A stretch of 64,000 nucleotides of DNA from Vicugna vicugna (Eukaryota): positions 186,001 through 250,000 of the forward strand of contig MU058796.1 in assembly GCA_013265495.1 (NCBI GenBank), read 5' to 3'. The notes below the pieces were generated by a model, which had not been told where the DNA came from, did no database searches, and worked only from the letters and a program-made list of their open reading frames with translations. Numbering within the stretch: position 1 is the stretch's first letter; every line of letters begins with the position of its first letter. The translations under genes and the position numbers were made by a program. Positions 37,756 through 50,104 of this stretch are shown piece by piece.

Positions 37756-39786
37756 GTAAGGTTTATCAGAGACCAGATACTTACCTTTTCAAAGAAATGA
37801 ATTTGTAGTAAAAGATGGTTTGATATGAAATAAAGATGGAGGGGCATAGAAAGAAAAGTAACATTGGAAGAATAATAATAAAGGAAACAGACAGCAGACC
37901 AAAATTGTACAACAGACCATGTTTAAGTGATTTACTTGGGGTTATGTGTTTTTAAAAGCAACATATAAATGCATAGCAGAATTTTGGCAGATGAAATTGT
38001 GTTGTGTTTACTTTAAGGCACTCCATGATGATAAACAGTTATTTAGTACAAGTAGTATGCCCGATGGTGCAGAGAACACTGAATTAGATACGGTTCCTGT
38101 GAAGTAGGATTGAAATCTAAATACAGATTAGAGAGGCAAGATATAAAACAGCCAGAAAAAGCCAAACATTCCACACATGTGGAAGTGTCATCATGGACAT
38201 TCTAAGTGTACTTTCAAACATAATTTGTAAAATTCCTAACTGCACATAAAAAAATTGTAAATAGAGTCATATTTACCCAGATTTGATATGTGCACAAATG
38301 TAGAAACATGGACCTCAGATGTGCAATTTATGGGTGATACATTTAGCTGCTAAATATAGACATCCACCTGAAAATTGCTCTTCTCTGCTCATCTCCCTTA
38401 CATTTTTAATTCCTTCCAATTCCTTTTGAAATTACAAATTTGACTAAACATGCAAACATTTGTTGTTTCCAAATAATATGTGTCAGATATTGAGATTTCC
38501 TCTAAATAATCTTTAAATTTTGTATTTCATCTCTGTGTTTGCTGTTTGCTCACTTTATGAAAACGTTTTACTTCTTTTATTGGCAAAATGAAAAATTGAA
38601 GAGCTGTGGAGAAAAACAAACCAAATTCTTCATGTGAACAATTGTCTCACATTGATGTCTTGAAACAAGAAAGATTTTTGCTATTTATTTACCAGAGATG
38701 AGTACAGATAATTTCGTTGTGCATCGATTTTCTCTAAGGAGGGAGAAAGTGTGGTCAGCTAAAACAAAGCATTGAAATTGGGACTCAGCAGCCACAACTT
38801 CTGTTCTCATCTCTAGCTCCAGAATTTGCTCCGACTCTTAGAAACTCACTTGATTGCTGTGATCCCATTTTTTTCAGTTCTGTGTTTCTTGTTGTTGTTT
38901 TGTTTTTATAATGGACACAATCAGACTTATAGATAAAATTATTCGAGTTCTTTCATTAGGATATTTTAATTGGTTTGGCCTATAAACACAATATATTGAT
39001 AAAATGGGAGCCAATATAATTGTACACCATTGAGGAATGTAATCGTTCACTAATCATGTAGCCAAACATTTAGTAAAAGCCTCCCATATGCAAGGCACTG
39101 AGCTAGGCACAGCTTAAATACATTTGGTCCTTAAATCAAAACATACTTATGAAACTGTCATTCTGTGACAATATAAACTTTGCAAGAGACCAATGCTGTA
39201 AGAATTAAGGATAATTATCAAAAAAAAAATCACTGTGCATTTTAAATACAAAGAACTCCTTTATTTTTGAAAAATACTTGTTAAACACAAATTTTTTCAA
39301 ATCCGTTGAACTGTTTTCATTCTATTTTCAAATTACTGCTTTTAAATTTGTGGAAAATTTCCATTGAATACATTTGGAAACTTGGCATGGTATTGTATAC
39401 ATTTGGACACTTGTTATATTTGTTTGTATATTTACATATATATAAATAGAAAAAAAGAGCATCATGCTTATGCTGGAAAAAACATGTATCTGTGCCTTTT
39501 AAATGATTAATTAGAACTCACAGAAACTCTATTTCTAATTTAAATTATTTTATCCTTATTAGGAATAAACCTACTATTTTTTCTATTCCAAAGTTTGTTT
39601 ATGCCAATTCTGTCTTGGTTATTATGAAAAATTTTTTTAAAAATACATAAAATGTCCTTTTCAAATTTTTGGTTTTTTATTAATGCTGTTTTTTTCATTT
39701 AGCATTGGAAATGTTTAGGATTGGATATTTAACAAGGATTCTGTGACTTAATGCTAGATTTTATTTATATTTTGCTCTTCACATCT

Positions 39787-40190
39787 GTATTAGATAAGAA
39801 TCTAGTTAAGCTGTTATAAGAAAATAAATTATGAAACACAGAGGCTCAAACAAGATAAAAGTTTATTCTTTCATATAACCGTTTAGATGGGCAGGACCAT
39901 TGGTATATAGCAGCTGTACAGTGTCAACAACACAGATTCTCTCTGTTTAATTGCTCTGCCATCCTCAGCTGTGGCTTCTGTCTTCTGACCAAGTGTGGCT
40001 GCTCCAGCTCAAGCTCCAGCCATTATCTTTGCCTTCAGCCAGCAGGAAAAGAGAAAGGAGTAGAGAAATGCATCCTTTCTTTTGAAGGCATAGCCTGAAA
40101 TTTTCACACAGAACTTCTGAAATTGTTTATAGTAGATGTTCAGGTACAACCACACCAGAAGACATAATGAAGTAGTGAGATGCTTGTACC
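39787..40190 (-). mobile_element. MaLR LTR (MLT1J/I-like)
   Basis: Starts 'tgtattagataag'; 'gaggctcaaacaagataaaagtttatt', 'ttgctctgccatcctcagc', 'tggctgctccagctc', 'cagccagcaggaaaag'. Confidence 0.7.
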
Positions 40191-40867
40191 TATGCACAGA
40201 ATCACTGTGAATAGAATAGCCACAAAAGCAGGTTCATACCAGGATACTGGGTTCCACTGTGGCAGCATTACTTTGGGTGATTTTCTAAAATGGTGTAGAT
40301 ACAACTCTTGTTAAATCTGGAATAAAACAACACAAAAGCCTCTCTCAATTTATACAGTCTGCATTTCAGAGGAAAAAAGTGTGTTAAAACAATGCAAATA
40401 AACTTAAAAAGACTGTATGTTGGATGTTAAATGGAATTAGGTTTAGGCTTGGATAATTATAAACAGGTTTTTCACCTACAGAAATGTCTGAAAAACTGTT
40501 TGAAAGTCATGGGATATAGATCAATTCTTGTTTTGTGGGACTTTCCTATACTTGTGGGACACTACCATGGCCCTGACCATGAAATTCCCTTCTCTAATTA
40601 CTGTAACAACCAGAACAGCTCCAAAAATTTCTGAAATGTTCCCCAGGGACAGTACAACTCACATAGATAGCTCTAGAACTACAAGGTATGTTGGCACGTG
40701 GTCTAACTTCTAATGTATCACAGATAACAGTTTTACCATATATTTTACAGTGATGTAAAGAAGGGCCATCAGATTTCTAACCATTGATATTATATCATTG
40801 CCATGCATCACCCAATGTTGCACATTCAAGGCTTCTTGAACATGCCGCTTGCAGGTATCAAATCATG

Positions 40868-41190
40868 TCATTGTTATGAGTTTAGGCTGCTATATAAAGA
40901 AATCCTAAACCAGACAGATGTTTATTTCCTTCTTGTGTAAAGGTTGTCCTAAGCATCCCAGGACTGATATGTACAGACTGATAATTTGAGGACCTTGGGT
41001 GCATCTTTCTTTTTGCTCCGCCATTCTCAACACATATGGTTTTCATTCCAATGTGGCTGCTCTAGCACTAGCTATCACATCTGTATTCCAACAGTGAAAA
41101 GGGTAAAGACATTTTAAAAGGCATATTCCTTCCCCTTAAAGGCAAATCCCAAAATCTACACAGACAACTTGTTTGCATCACTTCCTCTAG
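40868..41190 (-). mobile_element. MaLR LTR (MLT1J-like)
   Basis: 'tttaggctgc', 'gtttatttccttcttgtgtaa', 'ttgctccgccattctcaac', 'tggctgctctagcactagctatcacatctgtattcca'. Confidence 0.65.
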
Positions 41191-41269
41191 AACTTAGTAT
41201 TTTTATTTTTGAGATTCTAAACTTACAGATTATTGGTAATTTTAAACATCTAGTAGATTTCATTCTACC

Positions 41270-41430
41270 AGACAGGTGGCATAGTGAAATGAACCCCAAA
41301 TCAGAAATTCTAATTCTGGCTGTACTGCTAACTAGGTTTGAGATCCTGGGCATGTCATTTAACTTCTGTAATTCTGTTTCTCTACCTGCAAAACAAGAAA
41401 TGAGGAGTTGAATAGGTTATTTCAAATTTC
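41270..41430 (+). mobile_element. MIR SINE
   Basis: 'ttctaattctggctgtactgctaactaggtttgagatcctgggcatgtcatttaacttct'. Confidence 0.7.
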
Positions 41431-41624
41431 CAAAATCTAGGTTATACCATAGTGCCTAGGACATCTTATGACTAGACTGAGTCTTAAAGTCGTGTTTTTT
41501 CCTGAAAATGTTCCCGTCTGTTCACTGTAACTTAGTGATTTTTATTTTTAAAAGTCATTCTAGTATTGCAAACTTTAACACATAATTTAATGAAAAACAT
41601 TTTACTTTGTCTTTGTCATAATTC

Positions 41625-42800
41625 TCTTAGACAAATATGTACTGGACACTTATCACACTGAATTAGACACTGGCGATATATCTCAGGTGAACAAGATGAG
41701 CGCAATTTCTTCTTTTATATAGATAAACAGACAGAAAATAATTGCAGTTTATAGCAAGGGCTATGAAAGAAATGTATAAATGTTTAAACAAGAGACTAAC
41801 AGAGGTGACCAGCTTTAGATAGGGTGATCACAAAAGGCCAAACAGGGACCTTCGGGAGAGAGTGAGATAGCTATGCAAATCATGGCAGTAGGGAGAACAT
41901 TTCAGACAGAGGGGACAGCCTGTGCAAAGATCATAAGACTGGGGAGGGGTAGGAGGTGGGGAGTAGAAAGAACAACCAGAGTGACTAGAGAAAAAGAGTG
42001 AGGGGTGAGGGAGAGGGAAAGTGACCTGAGATGGAAAATAAACAGGGACTAGATCATACAGATACTGATGTTACTGAGTCCAAACTCATTCTGCTCGCTG
42101 CACAACAGACCAATAAATCGGGAGACAAGGTACTGGGTCAAGGAATAGCGACTTTATTCGGAAAGCCAGCAGACCGAGAAGATGGCAGACTAATGTCTTG
42201 GAGAACCATCTTACTCAAGTCAGAATTCATGCTCCTTTTATACTAAAAAGGGGGAAGGGGTGTGGTTGTTGGAAACTCCTTGCTGTAGGATTTCTTTGTT
42301 CTTGTAGCTCTCCACGTAGGTCAGATCATGGTGCCCTTGTAAAACCTCTAACAAAACAACTGTTATTTTCTATTCTGCAACTTGTTATCTTTATATAAGT
42401 ATGAAAGTGTTAATATCCTTAAGGATCAGAGCCTTATGAATAGGCTCTCCTGTATATTTCAGGCTAAAGGCACCATTCTTTTACAAAAGATTCAGAGCTA
42501 GCAAGACGAAATCTAGAATATAAGGCCCAGGGTTAAAGCCAAAGAAACGGATCTAAAATGGAGTCAGAGTTACTCTTTTCTGTTATACTGGTAGGTCCTG
42601 ATAATTAATTTGGATGCATTCCAGTTTATTTTCAGGGAAGGCTTAAGACACCCGAGGGGGTCAAACAGGGGAATTATGTGAATCAATTTTCAGTTTAACA
42701 TCATTTTTGCTTTTGATGAAAGAAAATGAAAGAGAAAGAGGAGAAACCAATAATCCAGGGAGAAATGGTAGCAGTTAAGATAGAAAAATGGCAATGAGAG
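41625..42800 (-). mobile_element. L2 element, interrupted by an LTR at 42069-42587
   Basis: 'gggagaacatttcagacagaggggacagcctgtgcaaag', 'ggactagatcatacag' resuming as 'gtaggtcctgataattaatttgga' after the LTR. Confidence 0.75.
42069..42587 (-). mobile_element. Solo ERV1 LTR (MER41-like, cetartiodactyl)
   Basis: 519 bp, termini TG...TA (decayed CA), 4-bp TSD ctga/ctgg; minus strand begins 'tataacagaaaagagtaactctgactccatttt' and has AATAAA (plus-strand 'tttatt' near 42153). Confidence 0.8.
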
Positions 42801-44094
42801 AAAGAGAGAAGAAAACTTTTACAAAGTGCAATTTTGAAAGTTTAATTATACCTAATATTATGTACAATCAACCAAGAACAATCACGTTTCGAGGCCCTGT
42901 CAATATGTTCTGCTTGGGAGTGTAAAGGTACATGATTTTCCCTGCCCTCTGGGAACTTACAATTTATTAGGGGGAACAACTAACACATGGCAAATCATAT
43001 CAATAATCTCATAAACCACCCCCGACACCTTATAAAACATCATTTCTTTGTGTTAACAGGGGAAATATATAGAAATCTGAAGCTAATGTTTTTGTGTTAT
43101 ATAATTGCTGTTACTTATTATAGCCTGATTTTCCTGTGCCGGTAACTACAATGTGAGCAATGCCCAAATAGATATTTTGTTCCTTTCTGCAAACATATTT
43201 TTCCTTATTTAGGCCAGGTCTTGGATAAGGAGTGGGCACCAGATTGCAGCAGGTAGTGGGAAGACTGAAAGAACACTCAATTTAGACATTACCAGTATAT
43301 CCAAGCTCTCACTCACACCTGCCTACAGAGGTCCTGAACTCTGGCCTCATCACAGATCCACTTTTGCAAACACTTCTGCCTAAATAAGAGACAAACTCAC
43401 AGATGGCCAACATAGGCTATTTGCTTTCTAGAAATTATAAGAAACTGATTTAATTTCAAGTAAGAAAAGAAGATCAAGTGTAGCAAACTATCTCATTTAA
43501 AATAATCAGTCCACTGTATTAGGAATATCTTGGAATAAACTGAGAATAACTTGCCCCAGACTTAAAAGTCCTCGATGAAAAGGACTATGCTTTTGCTACT
43601 TAAATTATACTTTGAGGTAAATATTCAAAAAATAATGACATTGAAGAACTTTTTGTGATAGCCTCATGGTGTAGGGTTTTCACTCCATAGCATGTGTTGG
43701 AAAACTGCGAGACTTCTGCCTTCATAACGGTAGCTAGTTCTGTGGATGGTTATGTGGATAGCCCTCTGGGTCTGTCAAGAACAGCTGGAGTAAGGAAACT
43801 GAAAAGAAGCCAGAGGCCAAACACTTGCGGCCATTACCATTCCCAGAGTGCCTTTTGCAGGAGTAGGGAATGGTAATTCTGATATCCTGGTCACAATTTA
43901 AACTTAGTAGTAACACTTTGCCTGCTTAAACGCTCCCTGCAGTTTCAATTAGCTGGGCATGCTTCTGAACATCCTTTCGCTGTTAGGCGAGGCATGGTTA
44001 CAGCCGGCATACGTTGCTTCAGTGGTGAATAAAAGGGTGTTCTCATCTAGAACCAACTTTTCAAACCTGTGCAAGGGTAAGGATATAATTTAAA

Positions 44095-44331
44095 CATTTA
44101 TGATGTATAGTGTGGTGACTATAGTTACTAATACTGTATTGCATAATTGAAAGTTGCTAAGAGAGAAAATCTTAAAAAAAAATCTGTAACTGTGTATGGT
44201 GATAGATGTTAACTAGACTTGTAGTGATCATTTTGCAATTTATACAAATATTAAGTCATTATGCTGTATACCTGAAACTAACATAATGTATATCAATTAT
44301 ACCTCAATAAAAAAATAAATAAAATAAAATA
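44095..44331 (+). mobile_element. Short L1 3' end (L1MA-like) with A-rich tail
   Basis: 'gtggtgactatagttactaatactgtattg...gaaagttgctaagag...tcaattatacctcaataaaaaaataaataaaataaaata'. Confidence 0.88.
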
Positions 44332-44939
44332 GCTAGGCCCCAAATTGCAATACATTTTCTGAATAGTAGGGTGTGTAACACTTGCATAACATTTCCTCGG
44401 AGAGGAATAAAATCCAAGAATACAATGGCTTACTATTTTGATTATCAATTCAATAAATAGAATCATGGCATTATTGCTGTTAAACTCCTAGTTAATATCC
44501 ACACGATAACACTTCAGAGCTCAAAATAAATATAAAGGATATTCATAATTCAGCAGCAGATTATGTAGATTTTATAGTAGATATGTCTCAGCAAATAATA
44601 CTGGTTAAAAAAATCATATTCCCCTAACTCAACTTTTCTTCCACTATTCTATGGAAAATTGTGTCCCTGGAGATCTTAACAGATGTTCATCAACGAGTTT
44701 ATGTTATCTAACAAGTTTGGGATGTGCTGGGTTGAATGAAGTTAAAAATGTTTCATTTGTTTTCATAATGCCTTAATAATATGCTAGTTCTTACTTTGAC
44801 CTCCAAGAAAGGGAATATAGTATGTAGAACTGTATTCCCCCAATTCATGTGACTATAGAACCCTGGAACATTTATTACCATATATGATATGTATTTACAC
44901 TGATTATTCTCTCTGCTTGCAAGGGTCTTCCCTTAAGAG

Positions 44940-45130
44940 CCACAGGGCTCACTCTCTTACTTCCTTCAAGTCACCTGCTCAAATGTCATCTTCTCAGTGG
45001 GACCTACTCTCACCAACCTATTTAAAATGACAAACTCTATGCTTACCCATTTGGCAATCCTGATTCCCCTGATCTTGTCATATAAACATGTTCCGTTTTC
45101 TCCTGTTATAGAATTTATGATATATATTAC
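44940..45130 (+). mobile_element. L2 fragment
   Basis: 'ttacttccttcaagtcacctgctcaaatgtcatcttctcagtgggacctactctcaccaacctatttaaaat'. Confidence 0.8.
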
Positions 45131-45989
45131 AATCAGTGGTGCCTTAGAATCTAGGAAATACCACAGGGGACACTTGCATTTTTTGGAACTCACTGCTGCC
45201 AGTTAATTTAATCTTTGATAAGGAAGAGAGAGCCTAATGTCATTCATGACTTCTCTTTCTCTAATTTTCATCATTCCCCTTCTTTCACCTGAAATTAATT
45301 TTTTGCCAAGTTGCCAAGCCCTGCCAACTCCATTTCAATAATAACTTCCTCATTAATTTTCTTGCCTCCTTCCCCACCAGGAAGGGGGACAGCTGGCAAT
45401 AATCCTGGAGAGGAGGCCAGAACCTTATCAGAGGTGGTCTTTAATGCAATTAGTTTCAGTGGGAAGCAGTAGTGAGCCACTGCATTGGTTTAAGCAAGAT
45501 CAGAATTTTTAGAAAGATGTCTCTGACAGTGATGTATCAAATGGCCTGGACGTCAGCATGATTCTCATTTCTAATGCTACATAAACTCTTGATTTCCCTT
45601 CTTGTAGTGCTCTTTCTATCAGTTTCTCATCTGCTCTCTCTTTGGGCACCTGCTCACATCTTAGACCTGCTGGTTCTCCAAGGGAGTCTGGATATGCAGC
45701 AGAGACACAGGCTCAATGATATCTTGGTCCCATCTCCTCTGAGATCTTCTGCCCTTCGTTCACAGACTGACCAAATAAAAAGGGTCAAGGGAAAGGGTCA
45801 GGGGGAGAGATGAGCTTGATATGTATTTCTTATTATGTCTCTAAATACTTTCATATAATATGTTAGTGCTATTTTACGAATGAAGGAATCTCAGTTCAAA
45901 AATGTGAGTATTTTACTGAATTTTACATTGGGAGTGAGGTTCAAGCCTAAAGCTTCCTCAAAAGATAAAAGAATGAAATGGGCTGACTT

Positions 45990-46200
45990 CTAATGAGCCC
46001 ATTCTAAGTTCTAGATAGTGGATAGTGAGATGTATGCTTTACATGTATGATCACATTTAAATTCCAGCAGCCTTATGAGAAGCTGCATTTCTTATCGCCA
46101 TTTTACAGAATAGGAAACTAAAGTTAGAAGGATTAAGTTATTTGTTCACACAGCTAGGAAATGGTGATTCTAGGAGTAGAACCCATTTTATCTAACTGAA
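45990..46200 (-). mobile_element. MIR SINE
   Basis: 'gctttacatgtatgatcacatttaaattcc...ccattttacagaataggaaactaaag'. Confidence 0.8.
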
Positions 46201-48479
46201 GCAAGAAGTCCCAACCCACGTATTATCAATAAACTCATGTTTTACACTATGTCATCTTGCTTCCCGTGAAATGGAAAACAAGAGCCACAAGGACGCACAG
46301 TGACCCGGCCCTGACCATCACTACATGCTGGTCTGGAGGGCTTGGTATCAGTGAGCCCTCTGCTCTCCCTGCTGTCAGCGTGCCTGCAACAGTCATGTAT
46401 CCTGCCAGTGCTCTGGGGGGAGAAGGAATTGCTCTGAACGGATCAGTGCCCTGAAAATTTAGAAGGTCCTTTTTACCATATCTCTTCCTGTTTCCTTTTG
46501 ACAGTTTATATCCCCTCCACCACCACATCCACCTGCAGTTGTGGGGAGGGGACAAAACTAAAGGTGAAGATGAAAAATTATAGTTGAATTTCAACTGACT
46601 ATCAGAGCAGGAAAGTTTTCTGTAAATTTTAAGTGTTTGACCTTATTTCTCTGCTCGGGACTGTGGGTTACTTGGGGGCTTGACAGCATTTTATTTGGAA
46701 GCCCAGGGACTGGCTTCCCTCTTTTTTCTTTCATACTCATTTGTGGTTCGTTTTCTATAGTTGAGGTTTGGGGTAGAGGCATCTAAATTAGATCATTGTT
46801 AATGTGAATCAAAGGAGTTGTTACTCAAGCTACTCCATAATACAGAGACTGGCACAAATGAAGACTTAGAAAAATTTAATTCCCATAGAAGTGATGATAT
46901 TACACAATAATAATGAAAAACTGGAAGCATCATAAACATATTTACACTATGCTCAGATGTGAAAGAAGTGGGAGTTCTTTAAGAATCGGGCCTTCTTCAC
47001 AACCCCACAATCCCACACCCACCAAGTAGTTTAGAAAATAATATTTTGGTTAAATTGTTGATTTAGTTTTATTTGGTAATTCAACCCATCTCTTTATATA
47101 ACCCAGTTTCTGCCTAGATGAATCAGGGAAATGTTCGTCAGAGCTCTGCCCTCTCCACCTGGATATATGTGGGATGCATGAGGTAGATGTAATCTTACGG
47201 GAGGTGCAGTCCTGAAGTATATGAGTTGTCCTCCAAGCTCTCTTGATTTGACCTCATCCCAGAGCTGGTAGCATCTCAGGAATGATTTGTCCATCCCATG
47301 GCATTCTGATGCCCCCATTGCTAGAAACTGATTTTAGTGCTAATCATTCATGTTTTGTTTGCTTAACCCTGACAGTGCTCCAGGGCACCACTTCCTCTTA
47401 TCGATTGGGCCCCCGTCTCCACTTTCAATGACAAAATGTATTCCCTGGCATGTGACTGTGACTCTCAGTTGGGCCGTGGTCTATGGGTAGATGGCTTCAT
47501 TACCCTTAGGCAGCCTTTTTTGGCAGAGTTGCTAGACAGGTCCTTCAACTACTTTCAGTTAGGTCTTTCTGGTTCATTCCACAGGACACTCAGAAACTTC
47601 TGAATAGTTACCACACCATACAGGAGCTGAGTGAGACTCTGAGGGCTTCAAACTCAGACCTTTGTGTGCAAAACCATGCTAAGTCATTGACTTTAATTTG
47701 ATATAACAGACCCCACGTTTAAGCAGAAACCTGTAAGGCAACAGCTTCCAATATCCTTAAGTAGGGCAGAAGCAACTTTCCTCACTATTCCCCTCACCTA
47801 TCTGTAATTCTCCTCTCCCACTGAACACCTCCCATCCCAGGAATTCGTGAAGAGAAGAGAAACTGGAGCAGTGCTTGCCTACCTTTCTACCTTCTACCCA
47901 GAATCCAATGGAACTGAGGTGCCAAGCATATCCCGCCTTCTTCCTAACCTGTCCCACTCGCCTCTCATGTAAGACTCTCTAGTATTGTTTGGCCAGCTCC
48001 TCCATGTATTAAAGAAGTATAGGAATTTAGAAAACCCTTTTCTCTCATACAACCCAAATTTCATGGCTACCGTCTCAAAAAAAGTCAGGTTAGGAGATCC
48101 AAAACTGATCAGTAGCTTCTTTGTTCTAACCCTGGGAATGCCCAGCTTCTTCCCTGGGGCTATCTGCTCAGGAGGTACAAGGGAACTTGATTTGCAAGGG
48201 AACTCAATGTAAAGGAGAAGCGTTAAGTACTTTGATTTATTATTTCAAATGGCTCAAATAGTATTTCAAATATGATTTCAAATAGTTCTCATTATAATTC
48301 CCACTAAAATAACATTAGGTTCTGACTACATCAGATTCTGTGTACCAACATTATTTAATTTCTTACTTAACTCCCACAACAACCCTATTATTACACCTAT
48401 TTTCAGAGGTGAAAACCAACACTCAGAATGGCTCACACCGTTGGTAGGGAGTTCTTGCCCTTATCTCCTGCAGACTAGA

Positions 48480-48710
48480 ATAATGTTTCTCAGTTGACTA
48501 CAACTCCTAACAGAAATACAATTTATGTTGCAACAAGTATTTAATATAACAATATTTAACTTACACTCATTTTCTTATATTCCATGCAGTCTCTTCCTGT
48601 TTTTTTTTTTTCTTTTTAATGCTAGTCACTACCAACTAAACTGACTTCATAACCTAATAGTAAACCTTTAGTAAAGGGTCATAATTGGCAGTAGAAAAAC
48701 ACTTTTCCAG
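48480..48710. mobile_element. Probable hAT-Charlie DNA transposon relic
   Basis: 'aatgtttctca...' to 'gggtcataattggcagtagaaaaacact' resembles Charlie-type termini; recalled only. Confidence 0.4.
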
Positions 48711-49689
48711 CCCCTGCAATATCAGTATTACCGAATTCTGATAGAAATTACATCAAGATATTTAGCCACTTGGACATCAGACTAAGGTAATTTTTCATGT
48801 ATAAGTTGTAATTGAGAGAGCTTGAGTACAAAAGACTAGAAGCAAGTAAAATAGTGAGTAAAATGTCAATTAAATACTGTTAAGTAGCTTTAAAACTACT
48901 TAGAAGGGGAAATCCAGAAGTTGAATAAGCATAGATTTGTGATTTAAACACTTAACCATTTCACAAAGTCATCTTTTTTAATTTGCCCTCTCAGAACTTA
49001 TATCTAGATATTTCCACCCTCCATTTTGATCTGTGGACTTCATTATATCTCAGGATCTTTACCTTTTTCTTAAGGATTTAGATTAAAATGCAGCATTGGT
49101 TCCTTCAAAATTGTATTTCAAATCTCTAGCTGCAAAAGAGAAAAGCTTTCCTTAGCTCCAAATTCTTAGTTGATAAACGGTTTGTCAGTGGACGTTCTAC
49201 ATTTAGAGTGAGCAAGATAAACCCAGGATTGATAATGCCAATTAATAATTCTGATGAGTGATATATCAGGAAACAGAAGGTTTCAGAAATACTCAAGAAT
49301 TTCAAGATCCTAAAACATAGAAAAAAGCCAACAGATTTCTGCTTTTCCAGCCCAAGAATCAGTACAGGATTGTGTGTTGGAGTACTTTGCTTGAGGCAAC
49401 TTTCAAGTAAATCAGAAATGAGCCCTCTCCCATGTTTATTGCACTTTCTAGTTCTTGCTAAATTACACCTTTGACCTCAGAGACATTTGCAATAGCACCA
49501 GGATGTGGTTACAAATTGGGTTAGTATCACCAAGCAGATCCTTTCAGTATACTGGAAGCCCTAATTCATCGGTTATCTACTGAAGCCGAGAGGATGACAT
49601 TAGTAGCTCTTAGGGTTAGGTTTTCAAGATACACAATTAGAGGACAAAACAAATGCTTTTGAAAATAAGGAAAAGAAACTATTCAAAAC

Positions 49690-49830
49690 ACGGTAAAGGA
49701 AAGGATACTTGAGTGAAATGCTAGGAGACCTGAGTTCTAATCCACAACCAACCACCATAAATTAGTTTTGGAAGACTTACAAAGTTATTTGACCTATTTA
49801 GACTTCAGATTTCTCACCTGTAAATGTCTC
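49690..49830 (+). mobile_element. MIR SINE
   Basis: 'aggagacctgagttctaatcc...aagttatttgacctatttagacttcagatttctcacctgtaaa'. Confidence 0.75.
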
Positions 49831-50088
49831 CTGTAGCTTATCCTCTGTCAATGGTCTCAGAGCTATTAATGTTATATCGAATATGTGGAATCCATTATTA
49901 CCCTCAAATTGCACATGAGATTGAAATCACCATTTTACAGTCATTTTCCTCAACACTTAAGAGAATACTATAAATAATATTTTTTTTCTGTATTCTAGTG
50001 CCGTTGAGAAGAACCTAGCACTAATAGTTTCAAGAGAAGGGTTAAAAAAAAAGTGTAAATAAAATTGAGGGAGGAGAAACTCATATAA

Positions 50089-50104
50089 CCTGCAGGGGGC
50101 ACTA
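50089..50104 (+). promoter_or_regulatory. CTCF-binding motif candidate
   Basis: CCTGCAGGGGGCACTA; one mismatch to CCASYAGRKGGCRSY, in unique AT-rich DNA. Confidence 0.6.
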
